Shown: positions 56,013 through 64,000, counted from the stretch's first letter. The stretch: DNA of 64,000 nt from Acidimicrobiales bacterium (GCA_035510855.1 DATKGG010000069.1:9788-73787); one strand, 5' to 3'. Made by a program: numbers and translations. The notes: generated by a model not told the origin, from the sequence alone.

Positions 56013-56050
56013 GAAGGGACTGCGCCCGGGGGGGGTGGGGCAGTCCCTTC
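56013..56050 (-). promoter_or_regulatory. strong stem-loop in the murT 5' region (11-bp perfect stem, C-rich loop on the minus strand)
   Basis: gaagggactgc (56013-56023) pairs with gcagtcccttc (56040-56050). Three further C:G pairs are possible. The loop contains a G8 run on the plus strand (C8 on the minus strand). On the minus strand it is followed by gtcttgttc. Confidence 0.4.
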
Positions 56051-56152
56051 GACGTGCCGCGTTCGACGTAGGAGGGGTTCCTTTGACGAGCGACCGCGGA
56101 CATCTTGCTCGGCGCCATGTCATCGTTCAAGTCGCTACGCAAGATAGTTCCG

Positions 56153-56167
56153 ATCTGTTTTACAGAT
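56153..56167. promoter_or_regulatory. LysR-type T-N11-A palindrome (ATCTGT-N3-ACAGAT)
   Basis: Perfect 6+6 inverted repeat that contains T-N11-A, 12 nt upstream of the LysR GTG, in the AT-richest stretch of the murT/lysR divergent region. Confidence 0.4.
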
Positions 56168-56178
56168 AGGCTTATTTC

Positions 56179-57090
56179 GTGGAGCTCCGCCAGCTGGAGG
56201 CCCTGATCGAGATCGAGGACCGCGGGAGCTTCTCGGCGGCCGCGGTCTCGCTCGGCACGGTCCAGTCCAACGTGTCAGCGAGGATCGCCCGCCTCGAGCG
56301 CGAGCTCGACACGACGCTCGTGGACCGCGGCACGGGGCGGCTCACCGAAGCGGGTGACGCCGTTGCCGCCCGGGCGCGCCGGATCCTGTCCGAGGTGGAC
56401 GCCGCGGTGGCGGACGTCGCGTCGGCCAACTCCGAGGTGGCCGGCACGGTTGGCGTCGGGGTCATCGGGACAACCGGACGCTGGCTCGTCCCCCAGCTGC
56501 TCGACGCGCAGCGCCGGCACCTGCCGAGGGTGGCGCTGCGGATCGTGGAGGGCACCACGACGACACTGCAGCCCCAGCTCGGCACCGGCCAGCTCGACCT
56601 TGCCGTCGTCACGCTCCCGGTGCACGACGACGGCCTCGCCACGAGCCCGCTGTTCGACGAGGACCTCGTCTTGGTCGTCGGGCTCGGGCACCCCCTCACG
56701 CGCGCCGAGCACCCGGTTGGCTTCGACGTGGTCGCGGGGCTCGACCTCCTCCTCCCCCTGACTGGCACCGCGCTGCGCGACGAGCTGGACGAGGCGGCCA
56801 GTGCGGCCGGTGTCCAGCTCCGTGCGGCCATCGAGCTCGACGGGCTGCGAACGATCGCGTCGCTCGTCTTCGACGGCTACGGGCCGGCGATACTCCCGGC
56901 GACCGCGGTCCCCAAGCACCTCCGCGGCAGATTCGCGCTCATCCCGATCCGGGGGCTCGGCCGCCGCCACGTCGGCATCGCGGTACGTCGCCACGGGCTT
57001 CCGTCGGCACCATCGCGCTCGGTGCGTGCGCTGCTCGAGCAGCTGGTGTCCGATGGCCCGCTGCCGTCGGGGCTGCACCCGCGGGACTGA
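56179..57090 (+). CDS. LysR-family transcriptional regulator
   Basis: 303 aa. MELRQLEALIEIEDRGSFSAAAVSLGTVQSNVSARIARLERELDTTLVDR is the LTTR winged-HTH, followed by a periplasmic-binding-protein-like effector domain. Confidence 0.9.
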   Translation: MELRQLEALIEIEDRGSFSAAAVSLGTVQSNVSARIARLERELDTTLVDRGTGRLTEAGDAVAARARRILSEVDAAVADVASANSEVAGTVGVGVIGTTGRWLVPQLLDAQRRHLPRVALRIVEGTTTTLQPQLGTGQLDLAVVTLPVHDDGLATSPLFDEDLVLVVGLGHPLTRAEHPVGFDVVAGLDLLLPLTGTALRDELDEAASAAGVQLRAAIELDGLRTIASLVFDGYGPAILPATAVPKHLRGRFALIPIRGLGRRHVGIAVRRHGLPSAPSRSVRALLEQLVSDGPLPSGLHPRD

Positions 57091-57091
57091 C

Positions 57092-57389
57092 TCAGGCGCA
57101 CGTGAGGTTCGAGTACCAGCCCGGCGTGGCCGCGGGTGCAGCCCCAGCGCCCAGTCACCTCCACCGGTGACGCGGTGTCCGACCGCGAGCGCCCACAGGC
57201 GCGGGAAGAGATCGGTCGCGACGACGATCCCAGCCTCGGGGGTGACATGGACCTCGTCGGCGCAGCGCAGCACAGGGCCGTTGGCTGACGAGCGGTACGT
57301 GAAGTCGGGCGTCAGGCGAGTGACAGGGCGCCGAGCAGGACGACCGCGGCGCCCGCGACACGCAGTGTGCGCAGCGACTCGAGTGGCAC
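57092..57389 (-). pseudogene. possible decayed gene for a small (about 99 aa) secreted protein, needing two frame changes
   Basis: Three consecutive minus-strand segments each have high third-position GC in a different frame. They are the signal-peptide-like VPLESLRTLRVAGAAVVLLGALSLA (57389-57315, then TGA), the body TPDFTYRSSANGPVLRCADEVHVTPEAGIVVATDLFPRLWALAVGHRVTGGGDWAL, and the tail LGAGAAPAATPGWYSNLTCA with a stop at 57092, 1 nt after the lysR stop. Confidence 0.25.
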
Positions 57390-57431
57390 GCCATGATCGT
57401 TGTCACCACCGCGGCGGTAGTTTCGGCTCCC

Positions 57432-58070
57432 ATGCCGCGCACGCCGAGAGCCGAGGTCGCCAAGCACGTCGCACGCGCCGACAAGGCGTTCGCCGGCATT
57501 ATCGGCCAGAGTGGCCCGCCGCCGGCCCAGCGCCCCATTCGGGTTGATCAGCGGTTCGGCACGCTTGCCTCATCGATCCTGCACCAACAGCTGGCCGTCG
57601 CCGCGGCCGCGGCGATCCACGGCCGCGTCCTCGCCGCCGTCGGTGACCCCATCACGGCGGCCGGCCTCCATCGTGCCGGGCCAGAGATGCTCGCAGCGTG
57701 CGGCGTGAGCGGCCCGAAGCGCCTCTCGCTGTTCGACCTCGCGGACAAGACCCTCGACGGCACGCTCGACTTCACAGCGATCGGCCGCATGCGCGACGAT
57801 GCCGTTGAAGAGGTGCTCACCTGCGTGCGGGGCATCGGGCCATGGACGGCGCACATGTTCTGCATGTTCACCCTCGGTCGCGAGGACGTCTGGCCGGTCG
57901 GCGACTACGGCGTGCGCGCAGGCTGGACGCGGCTGCACGGCGGCGACGAGATCATCGCGGCGCGCGACCTCCTGGAGAAGGGCGAACGCTTCCGCCCCCA
58001 CCGAAGCGCCGTCGCGTGGTACTGCTGGCGCGCGCTCGAGGGCGCTCGATCCGCGCCCCCGCCGACCTGA
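57432..58070 (+). CDS. HhH-GPD DNA glycosylase (AlkA-like 3-methyladenine glycosylase II)
   Basis: ORF 57393..58070. The ATG at 57432 is preferred on third-position GC. VRGIGPWTAHMFCMFTLGREDVWPVGDYGVRAG is the helix-hairpin-helix/GPD motif with the catalytic Asp. Confidence 0.8.
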   Translation: MPRTPRAEVAKHVARADKAFAGIIGQSGPPPAQRPIRVDQRFGTLASSILHQQLAVAAAAAIHGRVLAAVGDPITAAGLHRAGPEMLAACGVSGPKRLSLFDLADKTLDGTLDFTAIGRMRDDAVEEVLTCVRGIGPWTAHMFCMFTLGREDVWPVGDYGVRAGWTRLHGGDEIIAARDLLEKGERFRPHRSAVAWYCWRALEGARSAPPPT

Positions 58071-58086
58071 CAACTAGGGTCGCGGC

Positions 58087-59505
58087 GTGTCGCGTCGGGT
58101 GAGCGAGGAGGCGTTCTGCGCCGCTGCGCTCGCCACCCTTGAGCAGTATGCGTCGATCCCGTGCCTCTCACCGAGCTTCGACGACACCTGGGCGGCGCGC
58201 GGCCACCTCGACGAGGCGATGACGCTGTTCGCCAACTGGGCTGGCACGCTCCGACTTCATGGCGCGGAGGTCTCGATCCGACGCATCGATGGGCGCACGC
58301 CGCTCCTCGTGATCGACGTGCCCGCGTCGTGCGCGGCAGCGGGGACCGTCGTCCTGTACGGGCACCTCGACAAGCAGCCCGCGCTCGGTGCGTGGTCCGA
58401 GGGACTCGCACCCTTCACGCCGGTCCGGCGCGGCGACCGGCTCTATGCCCGCGGCGTGGCCGACGACGGATACGCGATGTTCGCCGCGCTGTTGGGCATC
58501 CAGGCGCTCGAGCGCGACGGGGTGGGCCATGCTCGCTGCGTCGTCATGATCGAGGCCTCAGAGGAGTCCGGCAGCCCCGATCTCGAGGCGCACCTCGATG
58601 AGCTCCAGGGCGTGCTCGGACGGGTGGACCTGCTCGTCTGCCTCGACTCAGGGGCGCTGACCTACGACCGGCTGTGGGTCACGACGTCGCTGCGTGGCGT
58701 CGTCAACGTGTCGGTGACCGTCGAGGTCATGCGCCACGGCGTGCACTCCGGCACTGCGGGCGGGGTGGTGCCGTCGTCCTTCCGCATCCTGCGAGAGCTC
58801 CTCGACCGCGTGGAGAACCCGAGGACCGGCGAGGTGCTCCTCCGCGGCCTGCACGTCGAGATCCCCGTCAGCCACCTCGCCGCCGCGGGCGTCGTCGCAC
58901 GCGACCTCGGCGATCCCGCCGGATCGGACCTGCCCGTCGTCCAAGGGCTCCGGCTCATGGGCCGCGACGGCGCGGACCGGCTCGTGCGTCGCACCTGGGA
59001 GCCGTCGCTCTCGGTCATCGGGATGGACGGCATCCCTGCCCCACTCGACGCGGCGAACGTCGTGCGGCCGAGCACGACCGCGGTCCTCGGGGTCCGGCTC
59101 CCCCCGACGATCGACTCGGCTGGTGGTGCGCGCCTGCTCGTCGATGCCCTGACGAGCAGTCCGCCGTGCTGCGCCAGGGTCACCGCGACGGAGATCCATG
59201 CGGACGGCTGGGTCGCCCCCGCGCTGCAGCCGTGGCTGCGCGACGCGCTCTACGCGTCGTCGATCAGGGCCTTCGGCAAGGAGCCGAGCTTCACCGGCGA
59301 GGGCGGATCGATCCCGTTCCTCGCCTCGCTCGGACGGCGCTTCGAGGCGGTCCAGTTCCTCGCGACCGGGGTGCTCGGGCCTGGGTCGAACGCGCACGGC
59401 CCGGACGAGTCCCTCCATCTGCCCACCGCGGCGCGCCTCTGCGACGTCGTCGCCGACGTCGTCGAGCACCACGCCCTGCACACCGCCACAAAGGAGACCA
59501 CGTGA
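58087..59505 (+). CDS. M20-family metallopeptidase/dipeptidase
   Basis: 472 aa. VVLYGHLDKQP, RGVADDGYAMFAAL, IEASEESGSPDL and GGSIPF blocks of the M20/M25/M40 clan. Confidence 0.8.
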   Translation: MSRRVSEEAFCAAALATLEQYASIPCLSPSFDDTWAARGHLDEAMTLFANWAGTLRLHGAEVSIRRIDGRTPLLVIDVPASCAAAGTVVLYGHLDKQPALGAWSEGLAPFTPVRRGDRLYARGVADDGYAMFAALLGIQALERDGVGHARCVVMIEASEESGSPDLEAHLDELQGVLGRVDLLVCLDSGALTYDRLWVTTSLRGVVNVSVTVEVMRHGVHSGTAGGVVPSSFRILRELLDRVENPRTGEVLLRGLHVEIPVSHLAAAGVVARDLGDPAGSDLPVVQGLRLMGRDGADRLVRRTWEPSLSVIGMDGIPAPLDAANVVRPSTTAVLGVRLPPTIDSAGGARLLVDALTSSPPCCARVTATEIHADGWVAPALQPWLRDALYASSIRAFGKEPSFTGEGGSIPFLASLGRRFEAVQFLATGVLGPGSNAHGPDESLHLPTAARLCDVVADVVEHHALHTATKETT

Positions 59506-60224
59506 CCACCTCGATTGCCACCAACATCGGCGACATGCCGCTCTACACCGCGGGGGACCCCGCTCACTCGCGGGCCGCAGTGGTCGTGATCCAAGAGGCC
59601 TTCGGGGTGACGGCGCACATCGAGCGCTGCTGTGACCGGTTGGCCGACGCGGGCTACTTCGCGGTCGCCCCCGCGCTGTTCCACCGCACCACGACCGACA
59701 GCTTCGCCTACGACGACTTCGAGCACGCGATGCCCCACATGGGAGCCCTCGGCAAAGAAGGGATCGAGGCCGACCTGGCGGCAGTCGCCGCGCATCTCGG
59801 AACGCTCGGCTTCGAGCGACCGCGTCGAGGCATCGTCGGGTTCTGCATGGGCGGCCTCGTCGCCTTCGTCGCGGCGACGCTCGGCGAGTTCGGCGCCGCG
59901 GTCACCTTCTACGGCGGCGGCGTCACGACGGGCCGCTTCGGGTACCCGCCGCTCGTCGAGATCGCCGATCGCGTCAACACCCCGTGGCTCGGCTGCTACG
60001 GGGACCTCGACAAGGGGATCCCGCCAGAGGACGTCGAGCAGCTGCGCAGAGCGGTCGTGGGCGCTGCGGCGCTCACTGAGGTGGTCCGCTACCCCGACGC
60101 CGATCACGGCTTCAACTGCGAGGACCGACCCGCGGTCTACAACCCCGACGCCGCGAAGGACGCCTGGGCGAGGATGCTCGCATTCTTCGAGGCGGACCTC
60201 GGCACCACGGGTTCTAGCGCCTGA
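59502..60224 (+). CDS. dienelactone hydrolase-family protein
   Basis: ORF 58674..60224 trimmed to GTG 59502 (AAGGAG upstream, GTGA overlap with the M20 stop). AVVVIQEAFGVTAHIERCCDRLADAGYFAVAPALF, nucleophile elbow VGFCMGG, DADHGF. Confidence 0.85.
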   Translation: MTTSIATNIGDMPLYTAGDPAHSRAAVVVIQEAFGVTAHIERCCDRLADAGYFAVAPALFHRTTTDSFAYDDFEHAMPHMGALGKEGIEADLAAVAAHLGTLGFERPRRGIVGFCMGGLVAFVAATLGEFGAAVTFYGGGVTTGRFGYPPLVEIADRVNTPWLGCYGDLDKGIPPEDVEQLRRAVVGAAALTEVVRYPDADHGFNCEDRPAVYNPDAAKDAWARMLAFFEADLGTTGSSA

Positions 60225-60239
60225 CGACCCCCGCGAGGC

Positions 60240-61454
60240 TCAGTTCCTCGGCACTTCCTTCCAGGCGATGCCCTTGTCCACGCGGGCGTCGCCGGGCAGG
60301 CCGAGCACGCGCTCGCCGAGGATGTTGCGCATGACCTCGGACGTGCCGCCCTCGATGGAGTTCGCCCTCGCGCGCAGGAACGCCTTGCGCAGGTCAGTCG
60401 TGCCCATCGCGGTGTGCGTGGGGCGGATCAGCTGGAAGTCACCCGAGTAGAGCATGCCCTCGGCGCCGAGCAGGTCGACGCACAGGTCGTAGATGCGCTG
60501 GTTCTCCTCGGCGAACGCGAGCTTGGCGACCGAGCCCTCCGGGCCTGGCGTGCCGCGCCGCCGCGCATCGGCGGCGCGCTGGTTGGTGAGGCGGAGCGCC
60601 TCGCTGCGCACCCAGGCCTGGAGCACCTCGTCTCGAAGGACCGCGCTGTGCGCGTCGGTGTCGCCCGCGAAGCGCTCCTTGTAGAGGCGGACCGCCTCGC
60701 CGATCGGCCCCGAGCCCCTCGGTGCGGCGTTGCCGCCGATCGAGACGCGCTCGTTCATGAGCGTCGTGATCGCCACGCGCCAGCCGTCGCCGACGTCGCC
60801 GAGCCGGTCCTCGTCGTGGATCCGCGCGTCGGTGAAGAAGCACTCGTTGAACTCGGCCTCGCCGGTGATCTGGTACAGCGGGCGGACCTCGACGCCGTCG
60901 GCGTGCATGTCCACGAGGAACATCGTGAGCCCGGCGTGCTTCGCGACGTCAGGGTCGGTGCGTGCGAGCAGCAGCCCGAACCTCGCGACGTGCGCGAGGG
61001 TGGTCCAGACCTTCTGGCCGTTCACGACCCACTCGTCGCCGTCGCGCGTGGCGCGCATGCCGAGCCCCGCGACGTCCGAGCCCGCGCCCGGCTCGCTGAA
61101 CAGCTGGCACCAGATCTCCTCGCCGGTGAACAGCGGGCGCAGGTACCGGGCGCGCTGGCGGTCGGTCCCGTGCGCGACGATCGTCGGCGCGACCATGCCG
61201 TAGCCGATCACGTTTCGGAACATTGCGACCGGTCCGCCGGCGCCGACGATCCGGCGCTGTGCGCGAACCTGGTCCGCAGGGCTGCCCCCGAGGCCACCGC
61301 AGCCCTCCGGGAAGTGGACCCAGGCGAGCCCGCGGTCGAACTGCTCGCCGAGGAAGCGCGCCGGCTCGGTGCTGGTCGGCGGCACGTCACGCAGGAGCTC
61401 CTCGACGCGCTCGTCGACCTCGACCTCGGTGACCGTCTCGTCGGTGATCGTCAC
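60240..61454 (-). CDS. acyl-CoA dehydrogenase
   Basis: ORF 60240..61475 trimmed to GTG 61452-61454 (GAGGAGG upstream). WCQLFSEPGAGSDVAGL, GQKVWTT and C-terminal IEGGTSEVMRNILGERVLGLP are ACAD blocks. Confidence 0.9.
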   Translation of the reverse strand: MTITDETVTEVEVDERVEELLRDVPPTSTEPARFLGEQFDRGLAWVHFPEGCGGLGGSPADQVRAQRRIVGAGGPVAMFRNVIGYGMVAPTIVAHGTDRQRARYLRPLFTGEEIWCQLFSEPGAGSDVAGLGMRATRDGDEWVVNGQKVWTTLAHVARFGLLLARTDPDVAKHAGLTMFLVDMHADGVEVRPLYQITGEAEFNECFFTDARIHDEDRLGDVGDGWRVAITTLMNERVSIGGNAAPRGSGPIGEAVRLYKERFAGDTDAHSAVLRDEVLQAWVRSEALRLTNQRAADARRRGTPGPEGSVAKLAFAEENQRIYDLCVDLLGAEGMLYSGDFQLIRPTHTAMGTTDLRKAFLRARANSIEGGTSEVMRNILGERVLGLPGDARVDKGIAWKEVPRN

Positions 61455-61517
61455 GGGACCTCCTCGTCTGTCCACATCATAGGAATGACTGGGATCGCGC
61501 TCCGGTGGCCAGCTCGC

Positions 61518-61997
61518 CTACTCGAGCGGCTTGAACATCGAGGTGGCCGCGACCACGTAGCCCAACTCCTCGAACGCAGCCTGGGCCCGCGCATTCGGCC
61601 CGAACACGTTGAGGGCGAGTCGGGTCGCTCCCTCGGCAGCGGCCCACGTCTCCGCAGCCTGGATCGTCGCGCCGAGCGCGTCGGCGCCATGGTGCGCCTC
61701 GTCGAGCTCGACAAGGAACACGTAGCGCTCCGAGCTCTCGGGTGCGAAGCCCGGGCAGACCCACAGCGCGCCAATCAGCTCTTCGCCATCGACGACGTGC
61801 AGCACGTGGTGCCCTGGCGCGGGCGCCCCGCCGGGAAAGCTCATGTCGCGCTGTGACGTGGCGATCGAGCTCGCTCGTTCGGGCGACTCCCCTGCTTCGA
61901 TGCGCTCGGCGATGAAGCGCTCGAGGGCGCCAGGGAGCCACCCGGCGAGCTCGTTGGTGGTCATCGCGACGAGCGAGACGTGTAACTCGTCGGTCAT
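61518..61997 (-). CDS. GNAT-family N-acetyltransferase
   Basis: 159 aa. ...VFLVELDEAHHGADALGATIQAAETWAAAEGATRLALNVFGPNARAQAAFEELGY matches the acetyl-CoA-binding beta4-alpha3 and C-terminal GNAT pattern. Confidence 0.7.
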   Translation of the reverse strand: MTDELHVSLVAMTTNELAGWLPGALERFIAERIEAGESPERASSIATSQRDMSFPGGAPAPGHHVLHVVDGEELIGALWVCPGFAPESSERYVFLVELDEAHHGADALGATIQAAETWAAAEGATRLALNVFGPNARAQAAFEELGYVVAATSMFKPLE

Positions 61998-62015
61998 GCG
62001 CTCGACGTGGCCAGG

Positions 62016-62300
62016 TCAGGCACCCCGGCCCGCGGGACTCTCGAGGCTGAGGGAGACCTCCCCGTGCTCGGTCTCGTGTGCGCGCAGCGCGTCGACGATA
62101 CGCGACGCGTCGGTCTCCGAGGTCGCGGACTCCCGCCCGGACACCGATCCGTAGGAGAGCGCGCCGAGGTCGCGCAGCATCGCGTCAGCGGCACGCTTCC
62201 CCTGAATGTCGTCAAGCTTGCTCTGCCCCTTCGCCGCGGCATCCTTCGCCGCAGCGGTCGCGGCGCTCGCCTGCTCTTTCACCTTGTCCAAGAAGCCCAT
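62016..62300 (-). CDS. small hypothetical protein (94 aa)
   Basis: ORF 62016..62600 trimmed to ATG 62298-62300 (GGAGG upstream). MGFLDKVKEQASAATAAAKDAAAKGQSKLDDIQGKRAADAMLRDLG. The upstream part of the ORF is Arg/Gly-rich shadow sequence. Confidence 0.5.
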   Translation of the reverse strand: MGFLDKVKEQASAATAAAKDAAAKGQSKLDDIQGKRAADAMLRDLGALSYGSVSGRESATSETDASRIVDALRAHETEHGEVSLSLESPAGRGA

Positions 62301-62377
62301 CGCTCTACCTCCAGTCACCCAGGTGCACCCTGTGCGAACGCCTCGATCATTGCAGCCAGTCGCCGCCGGCGTGATCT

Positions 62378-63415
62378 TCAGCCTCGGATGGCCTCGAGGA
62401 TCCGCGCCCGCGTCGAGGGACCGGGCATGCCCCCGATGATCAGCGTGGTGAGGCACGTGTGGCGCCACGTCCGCTCGATCTCCTCCACGATCTTGTCGGC
62501 CGGCCCAACGAGCGCGACGTCCTCGACCATCTTCGTCGGCACCAGGGCCGCGGCGCCGGTGCGGTCCCCGGCGAGGTAGGCGTCCTGGATCGCCGCGCAC
62601 GCCTCACCCCAGCCCATACGGACGAACACGTCGTGGTGGAAGTTCGCGCCCCGCGCACCCATCCCCCCGACGTAGAGCGCCAGCACCGGCTTGAGGAACG
62701 AGGCGGCCACCTCGACGTCGTCGTGCTCGATCAGCGTGACCGTCGCCGCCGCGTCGAACGTCGCTGCGGTGCTTCGAGCACCGGACCTCGAGAGGCCGTC
62801 GTCGAGCGCGGCGCGGTAGAAGTCGTCGGACGACGGCGAGTACCAGAGGGCAAGCCACCCGTCGGCGATCTCACCGGCGAGCGCGACGTTCTTCGGCCCC
62901 TCGGCGCCGAGGTAGATCGGGATCGACTCGCGGAACGGGTGGATCGTCGAGCGGAGCGCCTTGCCGAGCGCGGTGCCGCCGCGCAGCGGGAGCTGGTAGT
63001 GCGCCCCGTCGTAGGTGACGGGTGCGGCGCGCGACATCGTGGAGCGGAGGATCTCGACGTACTCGCGGGTTCGCTCGAGCGGTCGAGGATAGGGCTGCCC
63101 GTACCAGCCCTCGACCACCTGTGGCCCTGACGCGCCGATGCCGAGGAGCACCCGGCCCTCGCTCAGGTGGTCGAGCGTCATCGCGGCCATCGCGAGGGCC
63201 GTCGGGGTTCGCGCGGACAGCTGGCAGATCGAGGTCCCGAGCTTGATGGTCCTCGTCGCCGAGCCCCACCAGGACAGCGGCGTGAGGGCGTCAGAGCCAT
63301 ATGCCTCCGCGGTCCAGAAGCTGTCGACACCGAGCGCCTCTGCGTCGGTCAACATCTGTGGGATGCCCTGGGGCGGGCCCGACCCCCAGTAGCCAGCTGA
63401 CACGCCGACCCTCAT
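62378..63415 (-). CDS. LLM-class (luciferase-like) F420-dependent oxidoreductase
   Basis: ORF 62378..63511 trimmed to ATG 63413-63415 (ATGA overlap with the upstream stop). MRVGVSAGYWG, VDSFWTAEAYGSDALT, LLGIGASGPQVVEGWYG and GAEGPKNVALAGEIADGW are typical of LLM/F420 enzymes. Confidence 0.8.
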   Translation of the reverse strand: MRVGVSAGYWGSGPPQGIPQMLTDAEALGVDSFWTAEAYGSDALTPLSWWGSATRTIKLGTSICQLSARTPTALAMAAMTLDHLSEGRVLLGIGASGPQVVEGWYGQPYPRPLERTREYVEILRSTMSRAAPVTYDGAHYQLPLRGGTALGKALRSTIHPFRESIPIYLGAEGPKNVALAGEIADGWLALWYSPSSDDFYRAALDDGLSRSGARSTAATFDAAATVTLIEHDDVEVAASFLKPVLALYVGGMGARGANFHHDVFVRMGWGEACAAIQDAYLAGDRTGAAALVPTKMVEDVALVGPADKIVEEIERTWRHTCLTTLIIGGMPGPSTRARILEAIRG

Positions 63416-64000
63416 TGCTGGGGCACCATGGCCGGCGGCGCGGCGTAGACGGGCGCACCGCACACGTGACAGAAGCGGTCCTGGGGACTCGCCGGGTGGC
63501 CGTTCGAGCACCGTGGCCCGAACGTGGGCGGCGGTCGGCGTCTCGAGCGCTGCACGCCGCGGACGATGAGCAGGATCAGACCCACGACAAACAGCAGGCC
63601 GCCCGCTCCGGAGAGGCCGACCCAGCCGAGGTTCCGCGCGAGCGTGCTCGTGATGCTTGGGGCGACGAACACGCTGACGGGCACATCCTGGGGGGATCGG
63701 ATCCGGATGTTGAAGACGCCGGCGCGCACGACGTCGAAGCTGACCTGGCCCAGGTAGAGGCTCCCGTTCGCGCCGAGCGTCTGTGAGATGGCGGGCGTCG
63801 AGATGCCGTCGGCGAGCCCCGTCGGCGAGCTGATCGTGACGTCTCCGGGTTGCAGCACGGGCACGAAGCTCTGCGCTGACGACGTCGCCTGGTACACGTA
63901 GTAGGTGCCTGCAGTGAGCCGCGTCGTCACGGTCACCGGGGTCTGCGACGTCGCGTGCGAGAAGAGCGGGGCCACGGTCTTTGACACGTAGACGGCGATC
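63412..64000 (-). CDS. membrane protein with C-terminal zinc-ribbon (5' end probably outside the window)
   Basis: The frame stays open to the window edge beyond the GTG at 63987. Extracytoplasmic beta-rich part, one TM helix (WVGLSGAGGLLFVVGLILLIV), basic stop-transfer RGVQRSRRR, then CSNGHPASPQDRFCHVCG. Confidence 0.5.
   Translation of the reverse strand, partial: IAVYVSKTVAPLFSHATSQTPVTVTTRLTAGTYYVYQATSSAQSFVPVLQPGDVTISSPTGLADGISTPAISQTLGANGSLYLGQVSFDVVRAGVFNIRIRSPQDVPVSVFVAPSITSTLARNLGWVGLSGAGGLLFVVGLILLIVRGVQRSRRRPPPTFGPRCSNGHPASPQDRFCHVCGAPVYAAPPAMVPQQ

Noticed and set aside
55896-56123. 75-aa minus-strand ORF in the murT leader.
   Set aside because: The translation is Arg/Pro/Ala/Thr-rich with no hydrophobic core or motif, and it overlaps the hairpin. 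It is more likely untranslated leader RNA.
56275-57273. 332-aa minus-strand ORF.
   Set aside because: Most of it is antisense to the well-supported LysR regulator. Only its first 40 codons or so (57160-57273) look coding, and these are treated under the frame-broken small-gene finding.
1-64000. Looked for CRISPR arrays, rRNA, IS elements, integrases, toxin-antitoxin pairs and recognisable defence genes on both strands.
   Set aside because: I saw no regularly spaced repeats, no transposase or recombinase motifs, and no nuclease, ATPase or methylase combinations typical of defence systems. This was by-eye inspection only, so small or degenerate elements could have been missed.

Overview
This is a gene-dense, very high-GC segment of an actinobacterial chromosome. 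GC was judged by eye, not computed. I recognised no rRNA, CRISPR array, transposase or integrase.

(1) 1-20.2 kb, all on the minus strand, is a housekeeping block: aspS(partial)-hisS-rel-secF-secD-yajC-ruvB-ruvA-ruvC-yebC-pdxT-pdxS-[M48-like]-pimA-patA-pgsA-HIT-thrS-mshC-npdG. From memory, this is the same gene order as the M. tuberculosis Rv2580c-Rv2614c region. Most junctions are 4-nt GTGA/ATGA stop-start overlaps. The region looks ordinary except for a catalytically degenerate M48-like gene.

(2) fabI/inhA lies at 20.3 kb. A roughly 23 kb surface-glycan assembly locus follows at 21.1-44.2 kb. It encodes a priming sugar-phosphotransferase and about nine glycosyltransferase modules, including a GT2-GT4 fusion and a GT4-GT4 fusion. 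It also encodes a Wzx flippase, a Wzy/ligase-like protein and a Wzz-BY-kinase with a (YG)9 tyrosine cluster. The remaining genes are DUF4012, an LMW-PTP coupled to an ABC exporter, an embedded nitroreductase and two methyltransferases. This locus is the best candidate for something undescribed. I cannot match it to a characterised cluster.

(3) 44.2-64 kb holds mixed accessory and metabolic genes:
- an SPFH protein with a minimal NfeD partner, and a DUF2510-RDD protein;
- a frameshifted GNAT and a DUF1003 protein;
- a FabD-like protein with Gly at the nucleophile position, fused to a lysine-less biotinyl-like domain, followed by a flavoprotein and an epoxide-hydrolase-type hydrolase;
- a DinB protein, tRNA-Val(CAC) and plsC;
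- gatD-murT with a structured leader, and a LysR regulator;
- a possibly decayed small secreted-protein gene;
- an AlkA-like glycosylase, an M20 peptidase and a dienelactone hydrolase;
- an acyl-CoA dehydrogenase, a GNAT, an LLM/F420 oxidoreductase and a partial zinc-ribbon membrane protein.

Limits: all family calls come from motif recognition and memory, not searches. Start codons were chosen from overlaps, SD-like sequences and third-position GC, and are less certain than stops. Many long ORFs in the track are high-GC shadow ORFs and were discarded.
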